A stretch of 64,000 nt of DNA from Dehalococcoidia bacterium. GTDB lineage: Bacteria > Chloroflexota > Dehalococcoidia > UBA2979. The stretch spans positions 352,001-416,000 of the forward strand of contig CAXXDN010000002.1 in assembly GCA_963667465.2 (NCBI GenBank), given 5' to 3'. Shown here one piece after another: positions 56,004 to 64,000 of the stretch (position 1 is its first letter; every line of letters begins with the position of its first letter). The notes under the pieces were generated by a model. The model searched no databases, was not told the origin of the DNA, and saw only the letters and a list, made by a program, of their open reading frames with translations. A program made the translations under genes and the position numbers.

Positions 56004-57227
56004 TCAAGCGGCGAGCTGTTCGCGGTCGTGGCGGTGCGCCCAGGCGGTGGCCTCGTCGTAGGGGCGACGTGCCTTCAGGCAGCCGTGGAGGTAGCCGACG
56101 AGGCGGTTGCCGAGAGCGCGCAGCGCCTGGTGGTGGAGGTCGCCCGCGGCGCGGCGGCGGTGGTAGAAGTCATGGCAGCCGGGGCTCGCCTGCAGCGAGC
56201 AGAGCGCCCAGCGGTCCACGGCGTCGGCGAGCCGGCGGTTGCGCACGAAGCGGGCGCGCACGCTGCGCTTGCGGCCCGATGCTACGGTGAGCGGCGAGGT
56301 GCCGGCGTAGTTCCTGCGGGACTTCGCCGACTCGTAGCGTTCGGGGTCGTCCCCGAACTCGCCGAGCACCCGGGCGCCGAGCACGACACCGAGACCGGGC
56401 AGGGAACGGTAGATTGCGGCGTCCGGGTGCTGCTCAAAATGGCTCGTGAGCGCGGCCTCGAGCTCCGTAAGCTGACGGTTGATCTCGCTGATCTGCGCGA
56501 CCGCCGCGCGGGTGCTCGCGGCGAACGCCCGGCTCACGGCAGGCGGCGCCTCGAGTTGCGGGGAGCGCAGCGCGTCGCGCACCGCGGCGGCGCGCCGCTC
56601 GAGGTTGCGCTGACGTCCGCCGCGGCGCAGCGCCGAGCGGATCTTCGACGTGCTCAGGCGCGCCGCCTCGCGCGGCTCGCTCGCCCGCGCCAGCACGCCC
56701 AGGGCGTCGCCGTGCGCGAGGCTGGGGAAGGCCTGCAGGGCAGCCGGGAAATACTCCCTGAGGGCGTTGCGCAGCCGGTTGGTCTGGCGCACGCGGTCCC
56801 AGATCAGCTGCTGGTGGGCGCGGGCGAGGATGCGCACCGCGGCAGCCTCGTCGCTGTCGCCGGCCAGCGGACGGTGGTTGTGGCGGTCGGTGCGCACGAG
56901 GTCGGCGAGCAGCTTCGCGTCGGCGGCGTCGGACTTGGCGCCGCCCAGGTGGTGACGCTCACGGTAGCGCGCCGCCGAGCGGGGGTTGATCGCGTAGACG
57001 CGGTAGCCGGCCGCGAGCAGGGCCGTGACCCAGGGTCCGCGGTCGGTCTCGATGCCGACCACGACCGCGCCCGGGTCTGAGGCGTGCTCGGCAACCAGTT
57101 CGTGCAGCACGGCGACGCCCGCGACGCCCTCGGGCAGCCGCCTGGCGGCGAGCCGTTCGCCGGCCTCGTTCATGAGCTGGACATCGTGGTGGTCTTCGGA
57201 CCAGTCGTCACCGACGTAGAGGGTCAT
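56004..57227 (-). CDS. IS110-family transposase/recombinase
   Basis: YVGDDW, GIETD, INP, KSDAADA (DEDD RuvC), SLPGLG, YAGTSPLTVASG (Ser loop). Confidence 0.96.
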   Translation of the reverse strand: MTLYVGDDWSEDHHDVQLMNEAGERLAARRLPEGVAGVAVLHELVAEHASDPGAVVVGIETDRGPWVTALLAAGYRVYAINPRSAARYRERHHLGGAKSDAADAKLLADLVRTDRHNHRPLAGDSDEAAAVRILARAHQQLIWDRVRQTNRLRNALREYFPAALQAFPSLAHGDALGVLARASEPREAARLSTSKIRSALRRGGRQRNLERRAAAVRDALRSPQLEAPPAVSRAFAASTRAAVAQISEINRQLTELEAALTSHFEQHPDAAIYRSLPGLGVVLGARVLGEFGDDPERYESAKSRRNYAGTSPLTVASGRKRSVRARFVRNRRLADAVDRWALCSLQASPGCHDFYHRRRAAGDLHHQALRALGNRLVGYLHGCLKARRPYDEATAWAHRHDREQLAA

Positions 57228-57264
57228 CGTGCCTCGCTTTCCTGCGCTTCGTGCTGCTGTTTGC

Positions 57265-57462
57265 GACCTGCCGGGCTGGTCCTGCGACGGCCTAATGGAC
57301 CAGTGCTCTCGGGCACGACACCCCAGGAGTGCTGTGGACCACCCGGACGCACCAGCCGGGGCACGGTCTCTCCCTGGAGATCGCAGTGTCTCGGGGAGGG
57401 GCAGTGCTCACCGGCCGGCCGGTCCAAGACCAGTCTCCCAGATCGCTCCAGGGTCCGGTCGA
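57265..57462 (-). ncRNA. Predicted IS110 bridge RNA (ends approximate)
   Basis: Two long stem-loops (57351-57419 and 57271-57346) whose internal loops match the reconstructed target and donor junctions. Confidence 0.85.
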
Positions 57463-57600
57463 ACCCCATTAGGGCGGGGGGTGAGGGGTCGCCGCGCGCC
57501 AGCGCGGCCAGCAAGGCCGGTAGGGGCTTGTGAGGGCGGAAGCCACAGGTCCCGCGCGTTGACCGCGCACGCGGGGCGTGCGTTCAATGGCCAGGCAGGT

Positions 57601-57676
57601 GCGGGGGTAGCTCAGCTGGTAGAGCATCTGCCTTCCAAGCAGAAGGTCGCGGGTTCGAGACCCGTCCCCCGCTCCA
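57601..57676 (+). tRNA. tRNA-Gly(TCC)
   Basis: Acceptor GCGGGGG/CCCCCGC, D-arm GCTC..GAGC, anticodon arm TCTGC-CTTCCAA-GCAGA, GGTTCGAGA T-loop, encoded CCA. Confidence 0.97.
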
Positions 57677-57803
57677 CTCACCCACCCGCTGGACCCCGCC
57701 CACAGCCACCATGCGAGATTACGCGCGCGCCCCGGCGACGCCTGTCGGTGGTAGGTTCGCCCTCGTGGCACCGGGTGCACGACGAAGATTCGAGGAGGAC
57801 GGC

Positions 57804-59126
57804 ATGGCGGACGACGGATTTGCGCCGGACTGGGACGCGCTGACCGAGGAAGCGACGGAGCTGCTCTCCGCCTACATCCGCGTCGACACCGTCAACCCGC
57901 CGGGCAACGAGACGCGCGCTTGCGACTTCTACGGCGAGATCCTCGATCGTGAGGGCATCCCCTACCGCGTCTACGAACCCGCTGACGCTCCCGGCCGAGG
58001 CACCCTTGTCGCCACGCTGCCTGGCGACGGCACGGGCGGCAAGCAGTTGATCCTGCTCAACCACACCGACGTCGTCCCTTTCGAGCGTGAGTACTGGACG
58101 GTCGACCCGCTCGGCGGCGAGGTCAGCGACGGCTACATCTGGGGTCGCGGCACCCTCGACATGAAGGGGATGGGCATCATGGAGCTCATCACCTTGCTGC
58201 TCCATCACCGCCACAAGCTGCCGCTGCGGCGTGACCTCACCTTCATCGCCGTCGCCGACGAGGAGGCGGGCAGCGTCTATGGCGCGGAGTTCCTCGCACG
58301 AGAGCACCCGGAGGTCATCGACTGCGTGTGCGTACTGAACGAGGGCGGGCGTGGCAGCACGCGCGCGTTCGGCGTGGAGCGGCCGCTGATGCAGATCGGG
58401 GTGGCGGAGAAGATCCCCTTCTGGGTGCGACTGAGTACGCAGGGCCGTCCCGGCCACGGCTCCGTTCCGACCCCGGACAACGCCGCCGACCGCCTCGTGC
58501 GCGCGTTGCAGCGGATCCAGGACTGGGAGCGGCCCCCGCAGATCGGCCCGGAGCTGCGCGCCTACTTCGAGGGGCTGCACGCTGCGGGCCTCCTCGACGA
58601 GGAGCCGACCGCGGAGACGATCGAGCAGGTCGCCGCGCGTCAGCCGCGAGTCGGGGCGCTGCTCCGGAACACCATCTCCCTGACCACGTTCCAGTCCGGT
58701 GTGAAGCACAACGTGATTCCCGCCGAGGCGAACGCGACCCTCGATTGCCGCTTGCTGCCGGGCTCGGACCCGGACGCCTTCCTCGCCGAAATGGTCGAGG
58801 TGATCGACGACGACCAGGTCGAGGTGGAGGTGGTGCTGCGCAGCTACGGGCCGCCCTCGCCGATCGACTCGGAGCTGTACGAGACGCTGTCCCGGTCGGT
58901 GCGCAACGCGGTCGAGGACGCGGTCGTCGTCCCCTGGACCTCCACGGGGTTCACGGACTCGCGGGTGTTCCGCCGCATGGGCTACCCGGCGTACGGTTTC
59001 ACGCCGGTCTTCGTGCCGCCCTCGGATCAGGCGCTCGGGCACGGCAACGACGAGCGCATCGCGATTGACGGCCTGCGGATGGGGATGCAGATCCTGCATG
59101 ACACCGTGCGCCGCATCTGCGGGTAG
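57804..59126 (+). CDS. M20-family metallopeptidase/amidohydrolase
   Basis: NPPGNE, HTDVV, GRGTLDMKG, ADEE, NEG, GHGS, HGNDE. Confidence 0.92.
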   Translation: MADDGFAPDWDALTEEATELLSAYIRVDTVNPPGNETRACDFYGEILDREGIPYRVYEPADAPGRGTLVATLPGDGTGGKQLILLNHTDVVPFEREYWTVDPLGGEVSDGYIWGRGTLDMKGMGIMELITLLLHHRHKLPLRRDLTFIAVADEEAGSVYGAEFLAREHPEVIDCVCVLNEGGRGSTRAFGVERPLMQIGVAEKIPFWVRLSTQGRPGHGSVPTPDNAADRLVRALQRIQDWERPPQIGPELRAYFEGLHAAGLLDEEPTAETIEQVAARQPRVGALLRNTISLTTFQSGVKHNVIPAEANATLDCRLLPGSDPDAFLAEMVEVIDDDQVEVEVVLRSYGPPSPIDSELYETLSRSVRNAVEDAVVVPWTSTGFTDSRVFRRMGYPAYGFTPVFVPPSDQALGHGNDERIAIDGLRMGMQILHDTVRRICG

Positions 59127-59136
59127 GCGGTCGGCG

Positions 59137-60078
59137 ATGACGCTGCCCGAGGTGATCGACGTGCATGTGCACCTGACGCGGGATCCCGCGCAGGAGCGGC
59201 TCGTCTTCCCCAAGCCCGGCTACCCGGACGAGTGGTACCGGGTCAACGAACCGCGCGTCATCGACTGGATGGACGAGGAGGGCTTCTCGCACCTCTTCAT
59301 GATCAACTACATGGACACCAACCGGATGATCGCGAGCCGCCTGGCTCGCATGCCGGATGCCTCCGGGGCCGAGCTCGAAGGGGCGCGCGAGCAGCTCCGC
59401 GAGGAGAACGTGGAGCGCCTGCGGCGCTTCAACGCCTGGTGCTGCGAGCTCGGAGCGCGCGAGCCGCGCCTCATCCCCTTCCCCTGCGTCGACATCGGCA
59501 TCTTCTACGACGTGACGGTGATGATGGAGGAGCTGGAGACGCGACTGGCCGAGGGCGCTCGCGGGATCAAGCTGCACCCTGGCCTCGGCCACTACTTCCC
59601 CGCCGACGAGCGGATGTTCCTGCTCTACGAGCGGCTGCAGGAGGCGGACGTCCCGGTGCTCAGCGACACCGGCGCGCTCTCCCCGGCGCCCGAGGGTGGC
59701 GTCTACGGCCAACCGCTGAACTTCGTGCCGGTGTTCGAGCAGTTCCCGCGGTTGCGCTTCATCATGGCGCATGCCGCCAGCGCCTTCTGGGACGAGCGTG
59801 TCCCGATCGCCGAACGCTTCCCGCAGGTCTACTTCGACCTCGCCGGCGGCTTCCAGGGCCCCGGCCACCACGCTCGCGACGGGCACCGCGCCTGCCCGAT
59901 CGATGACGCGCCGCGCTTCCTGCGCGCGCTCGGGATCGACCGCGTGCTCTGGGCCTCGGACGCTCCGGGCCACGAGGCGGGCCCGCAGCTGCGGAGCTTC
60001 ATGAGCATCCCGCTCACCGACGAGGAGCGCGAGCGGATCCTCGCCAGGAACGCCCGGGAGTTCATCGGGCTCGACTAG
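59137..60078 (+). CDS. Amidohydrolase_2 family protein
   Basis: IDVHVH, GIKLHP, IMAH, VLWASDAP, ILARNA. Confidence 0.88.
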   Translation: MTLPEVIDVHVHLTRDPAQERLVFPKPGYPDEWYRVNEPRVIDWMDEEGFSHLFMINYMDTNRMIASRLARMPDASGAELEGAREQLREENVERLRRFNAWCCELGAREPRLIPFPCVDIGIFYDVTVMMEELETRLAEGARGIKLHPGLGHYFPADERMFLLYERLQEADVPVLSDTGALSPAPEGGVYGQPLNFVPVFEQFPRLRFIMAHAASAFWDERVPIAERFPQVYFDLAGGFQGPGHHARDGHRACPIDDAPRFLRALGIDRVLWASDAPGHEAGPQLRSFMSIPLTDEERERILARNAREFIGLD

Positions 60079-60150
60079 CCGGAGCGCCGCACAGGGCCGG
60101 TTGACAGCGCTCGGCGCGCCAACCTGGAAGGGCAACGTCCCGCCGGCGAT

Positions 60151-60330
60151 TTGATTCGCACGCTGCTGCCGCACATGAACGAACGCATCAGGTTCGGCTC
60201 CGACGGGCCGGGCGGCGGCTCCGGCGAGGACATCCGCGAGATGGCCGCGCAGGTGATGGCGCTCGACCGCAGCGACCGTGAGAAGGAGCTCATCCTCGCC
60301 GGCAATGCGAGGGCGTTCCTCGGTCTGCAG
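60151..60330 (+). pseudogene. C-terminal remnant of a second amidohydrolase
   Basis: ERIRFGSDGP...EKELILAGNARAFLGL parallels the end of the preceding gene (DRVLWASDAP...ERERILARNAREFIGL). Confidence 0.6.
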
Positions 60331-60363
60331 TCAGCGGTCTGTAGTCAGTGGTCTGTAGTCAGC
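60322..60363. repeat. 14-bp tandem repeat x3
   Basis: GGTCTG(C/T)AGTCAG(C/T) at 60322, 60336 and 60350. Confidence 0.85.
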
Positions 60364-60382
60364 CCGTCCGGCCAGGGGTCCC

Positions 60383-62761
60383 TCAGCGGACGACGCCGTC
60401 CGCGCGCAGGGCGGCGATGCGCTGCTCGTCGTAGCCGATCTCCGCGAGGATCGCGTCCGTGTGCTCGCCGAGGGTCGGTGGCGCGAGGCGCACTGATCCC
60501 GGCGTGTCCAGCTTCCAGGGCAGGCCCCACGTCCGGACCTCGCCGCGCGTTGGATGCTCCACCGTGAGCAGCATGTCCTGCTCGAGGATGCCCTCGTCGT
60601 GGAACATGCTGTCGTAGTCGTGCACCGGCGCGCACATCAGACCGAACTCCTCGAGAAGCTGCAGCACATCCTCGCTGCTGCGGTCGAGGAACGCCCGGTC
60701 CAGGTAGGGCTGAAGCGCGATCTGGTCTTCCGCCACCAGCTCGCGGTCCGCGAACCGCGGATCGGCCTGCACCTCGTCGAGGATGCCGACGCGCTCGAGC
60801 AGTAGCTGGAACGCGCCCGGGTCGCGGGCGTAGGAGGCCGTGAACTCGATGTTGCGGTCCTTCGTGGGGTAGCCCCGCACGGGGGATCTCAGGTGCGCGG
60901 AGTAGAAGGGGCCGCTGAAATCGTCGGGGTCGCTGTGCGCGGCGAGGTAGTTCTGCTGCGACGCGATCATCGCCCGCAGGCAGGAGGTCTCGACGTACTG
61001 GCCCTCGCCGCTCTGGCGCCGCCAGAAGAGCGCGGCGAGGATCGCCTGCACCGCGTACATTGCGGCGGTCACGCCGGCGTAGTTGCTGCCGAAGCGCAAC
61101 GGCTCCTTCCCGCGCTCGCCGATGAAGCGGGTCAGGCCGCTCAGTCCCTGCACGATCAGGTCCGTCGCCGGCTTGTCGGCGTCCGGCCCACGCCGCTCGA
61201 GCAGCGAGAGGTCGCAGTAGATCAGGCTGCGGTTCGCAGCCGAGAGCGTTTCGTAGTCGAGACCCAGGCGCTCGGCGTCGCCCGCCCTCGGGAAGCACTC
61301 GACGAGGATGTCGGCGCCCGCCGCGAGGTCGCGCACGACCGCGCGGCCCTCGTCGCGCTCGAGGTCGAGCGCGATGCTGCGCTTGTTGCGGTTCATGCCC
61401 ATGAACAGCGGGCCGTCAGCGCCGTCGAAGGGCGGCCCGAGGGGGCGCGCCCAGTCGCCCGCAAGCGGCTCGACCTTGAGGACGTCGGCGCCGGCGTCGC
61501 CGAGCTGCATGGCGCTGAAGGGAGCGCCATCGCCCTCGGTCAGATCGAGGACGCGGATGCCCTCAAGCGGGGCGCTCATCGCCGGGCGTCGCCGCCCGTG
61601 GTCGCGGCGGCGCGGTCGCGGGACGCCGAGCTCGGCCAGCAGCTCCTCGCGGTCGCGGTCCATCGCCACCGCCAGCTCGCCGTACTCGGCGGGCGTGCGG
61701 CTGAACAGCCAGGGCACGGCGTTGGTGCGCACGGCGCCCATCTCCGGGTGCTCTCGATCGACGAGCAGCTCGTTCGCCACGACCTGCGGCTCGCCGTAGA
61801 GGTCCTCGATGTCCCGGCGCGCGGGTCCGCAGGGCACGCCCGCCGCCTCCAGCCGCTCGATCCAGCGATCGCCGCTGTGGCACAGGAACGCCTGCTTGAG
61901 GATCGGCAGCAGCTCCTCACGGCGCTCGACGCGCTGCGCGTTGGAGTCGAACCGTGGGTCATCCGCCAGCTCCGGCAGCTCGAGCGTCTCGCAGAGCGCG
62001 CGCCAGGTGTCCTCGGCAGGGCACTCGACGAGGATGTACCCGTCGGCTGCGAGGAAGGCCTGGCTCGGCACGACGTGCGCGCTGCCGCTGCCCCACGGTT
62101 GCGGCGTCTCGCCGCTCGCGAAGTACTCCGCGGCGCGCACCGCACCGACCGCGATCATCGTCTCCGTCTGCGAGCAGCGCGCCCACTGGCCGCGGCCGCT
62201 GTCCTCCCGCGCCAGCAGCGCGAGCAGGATCGCCTGCACGAAGGTCAGCGGAGAGGTGAAGTCGATCGCGATGAAGCGCGGGCGCTCGCCGGGGCCGCCC
62301 TCGGGGCCGGTCAGCGAGAAGTAGCCGCCCATCGCCTGCGAGATGTAGTCGACCGTCGCCTTGTGGGCGTACTTCCCGGTCTGGCCGAAGCCGCTGGCCG
62401 AGGCGTAGATCAGGCGCGGATTGATCGGGGCGAGCACGTCGTAGTCCACTTGCAGGCGCTCCGCGACGCCTCGCCGCCAGTTCTCCATGAAGACGTCGGC
62501 GTCGCGAATCAGGCGCAGCAGGATCTCGCGTCCCGCCGGGTCCTTGAGGTCGAGCACGATGTTGCGCTTGCCGTGGTTAAGGCCCGCGTTGGGGAGCGCG
62601 TGCCCGCCCTTGAGCGGACCGGAGCGCCGCATCATCTCGCCCCCGGGCTTCTCGACCTTGATCACGTCGGCGCCGAGGTCGGCAAGCAGCGCGCCGGCCC
62701 AGGGGCCCTGCGCGCCCTCCGTCACGTCCACGACCCTGATTCCGGCGAGTGGCCCGGTCAT
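60383..62761 (-). CDS. Family III CoA-transferase: two complete units in one frame (possibly two genes, second starting at 61579)
   Basis: PLAGIRVVD..LGADVIKVE..NHGKRNIVLDL and PLEGIRVLD..GADVLKVE..NRNKRSIALDL. Confidence 0.85.
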   Translation of the reverse strand: MTGPLAGIRVVDVTEGAQGPWAGALLADLGADVIKVEKPGGEMMRRSGPLKGGHALPNAGLNHGKRNIVLDLKDPAGREILLRLIRDADVFMENWRRGVAERLQVDYDVLAPINPRLIYASASGFGQTGKYAHKATVDYISQAMGGYFSLTGPEGGPGERPRFIAIDFTSPLTFVQAILLALLAREDSGRGQWARCSQTETMIAVGAVRAAEYFASGETPQPWGSGSAHVVPSQAFLAADGYILVECPAEDTWRALCETLELPELADDPRFDSNAQRVERREELLPILKQAFLCHSGDRWIERLEAAGVPCGPARRDIEDLYGEPQVVANELLVDREHPEMGAVRTNAVPWLFSRTPAEYGELAVAMDRDREELLAELGVPRPRRRDHGRRRPAMSAPLEGIRVLDLTEGDGAPFSAMQLGDAGADVLKVEPLAGDWARPLGPPFDGADGPLFMGMNRNKRSIALDLERDEGRAVVRDLAAGADILVECFPRAGDAERLGLDYETLSAANRSLIYCDLSLLERRGPDADKPATDLIVQGLSGLTRFIGERGKEPLRFGSNYAGVTAAMYAVQAILAALFWRRQSGEGQYVETSCLRAMIASQQNYLAAHSDPDDFSGPFYSAHLRSPVRGYPTKDRNIEFTASYARDPGAFQLLLERVGILDEVQADPRFADRELVAEDQIALQPYLDRAFLDRSSEDVLQLLEEFGLMCAPVHDYDSMFHDEGILEQDMLLTVEHPTRGEVRTWGLPWKLDTPGSVRLAPPTLGEHTDAILAEIGYDEQRIAALRADGVVR

Positions 62762-62916
62762 CCCTGCACCTCCTCGCGGCCGGATGCGGGCGGTGTCCCG
62801 CAACGAGCATAGCGAGGCGGCGAGCGGCTGCCATCCGCCGTGCGGCGACGCTTGCCTGAAGCTCGGGGAAGATTGGCTATGCTTGGGGCCGCGTTTCGGC
62901 CGCACGGGGAGCGATC

Positions 62917-64000
62917 ATGAGTGTCACCGAGTTGAGCAAGCTGCGTGATCAGGTCGCGATCGTCGGCGTCGGCACTACCCGGCAGGGCACGATCCCGGGC
63001 AAGGACGGCAACGAGAACGCCGTCGATGCCTTCAAGCTGGCGCTCGACGACGCCGGGCTGCAGAAGGAGGACATCGACGGGCTGCTGACCTGCCGCTCCT
63101 TCGGCGACCTCGGTGTGGACACGCAGATCGCCCCGCTCATCGGGCTCAACCCGCTCTACAGCGCCACGCTCGACTACGGGACGTGCAACTTCTCGCTGCA
63201 CGTTGCGGCGATGCTGATCGCGGGCGGGTTCGCCCACACCGTGGCCTGCATGTACGGCACGAACCAGCGCTCCAACCGCAACTTCTTCGCCGGTACGTCC
63301 GCTGCCGATTACGCCCTCGCGCACGGCCTCTTCAACATCGCCGGCCCGGCCTCGATGGCGCTCCGCCGCCACATGCACGAGTACGGGACCACCGAGGAGC
63401 AGATGTCGGCGATCGCCCTCACCGAGCGCGCGCACGCCCGCCTCAACCCAATCGCGGTGATGCGCGACGAACTGACGAAGGACGACTACCTCAACTCGCG
63501 CTACATCGTGGAGCCGCTGCACCTCTTCGACATGTGCCTGATCACGGACGGCGGCGCGTGCGTGATCCTCACCTCGGCGGAGCGGGCGCGGGACATGAAA
63601 CAGCCGCCGGTCTACATCATGGGGATGGCCGAGAACACCTCGCTGCGCAACTTCCAGAACCAGGACCAGTTGATGCGCCCGTTCATCCAGACCGTGCGGG
63701 ACCAGATCTACCCGGCGGCCGGCGTCAGCCGCGACGACGTGGACGTGCTCTTCATCCAGGACCCGACCAGCGTCTGGGTGCTGCAGATGCTGGAGTGGTA
63801 CGGCTTCTGCGAGGTGGGCGAGGGCGGCTCCTTCATCCAGGACGGCCGGATCGGCCTCGGCGGCGAGTTGCCGCTCAACACCAACGGCGGCCAGCTCTCG
63901 GAGAGCTACATGTGGGGCTGGCTGCACATCCCGGAGGCGGTCCGCCAGCTGCGCGGTCAGGCCGGCCCGCGACAGGTCGAGGGCGCCGAGATCGCCCAGT
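62917..64000 (+). CDS. Thiolase-family protein (SCP-x/Ltp2-like), runs off window end
   Basis: Own translation: VAIVGVG, ALDDAGL, DIDGL, EPLHLFDMCLITDGG, PLNTNGGQLSE, EAVRQLRG. Confidence 0.9.
   Translation, partial: MSVTELSKLRDQVAIVGVGTTRQGTIPGKDGNENAVDAFKLALDDAGLQKEDIDGLLTCRSFGDLGVDTQIAPLIGLNPLYSATLDYGTCNFSLHVAAMLIAGGFAHTVACMYGTNQRSNRNFFAGTSAADYALAHGLFNIAGPASMALRRHMHEYGTTEEQMSAIALTERAHARLNPIAVMRDELTKDDYLNSRYIVEPLHLFDMCLITDGGACVILTSAERARDMKQPPVYIMGMAENTSLRNFQNQDQLMRPFIQTVRDQIYPAAGVSRDDVDVLFIQDPTSVWVLQMLEWYGFCEVGEGGSFIQDGRIGLGGELPLNTNGGQLSESYMWGWLHIPEAVRQLRGQAGPRQVEGAEIAQ

Larger units (their letters stand above)
55983..57470 (-). mobile_element. Complete IS110-family insertion sequence (1488 bp between AG/CT cores)
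   Basis: Core AG at 55981-55982 and 57471-57472; removing the element restores the REP; no terminal inverted repeats; 243-nt non-coding left end. Confidence 0.92.

Noticed and set aside
57601-57676. tRNA-Gly as an integration site for a genomic island
   Set aside because: No integrase in the window and no duplicated tRNA 3' end noticed; the nearby IS110 targets the REP, not the tRNA.

Overview
GC-rich bacterial chromosome segment. Gene content (many CaiB/BaiF CoA-transferases, acyl-CoA dehydrogenases, a PPOX/F420 protein, stand-alone nuoI/nuoG-like genes, thyX) and an AGAAC-N4-GTTCT LexA-type box suggest Chloroflexota, probably Dehalococcoidia; this is an inference. The backbone is housekeeping genes (mfd, pth, iscS, pyrE-like, plsY, dut, nfo, thyX, tRNA-Gly) plus acyl-CoA catabolism. 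It is interrupted by five two-gene accessory cassettes: PRTase+DprA (ShosTA-like), HigBA followed by an amidase, VapBC, XRE-ImmA+DUF4411-like PIN, and a XamI-like type II R-M pair. Two of these carry LexA-box-like motifs. The best-resolved finding is a complete IS110 element (55983-57470) inserted in a REP-like palindrome. Its CT core, circle-junction promoter and two-loop bridge RNA with all four guides can be read directly, and an empty copy of its 14-nt target lies about 4 kb away. Two apparent single-base frameshifts and one suspicious fusion suggest assembly indels, so pseudogene calls are tentative. No CRISPR array, rRNA or prophage was seen.
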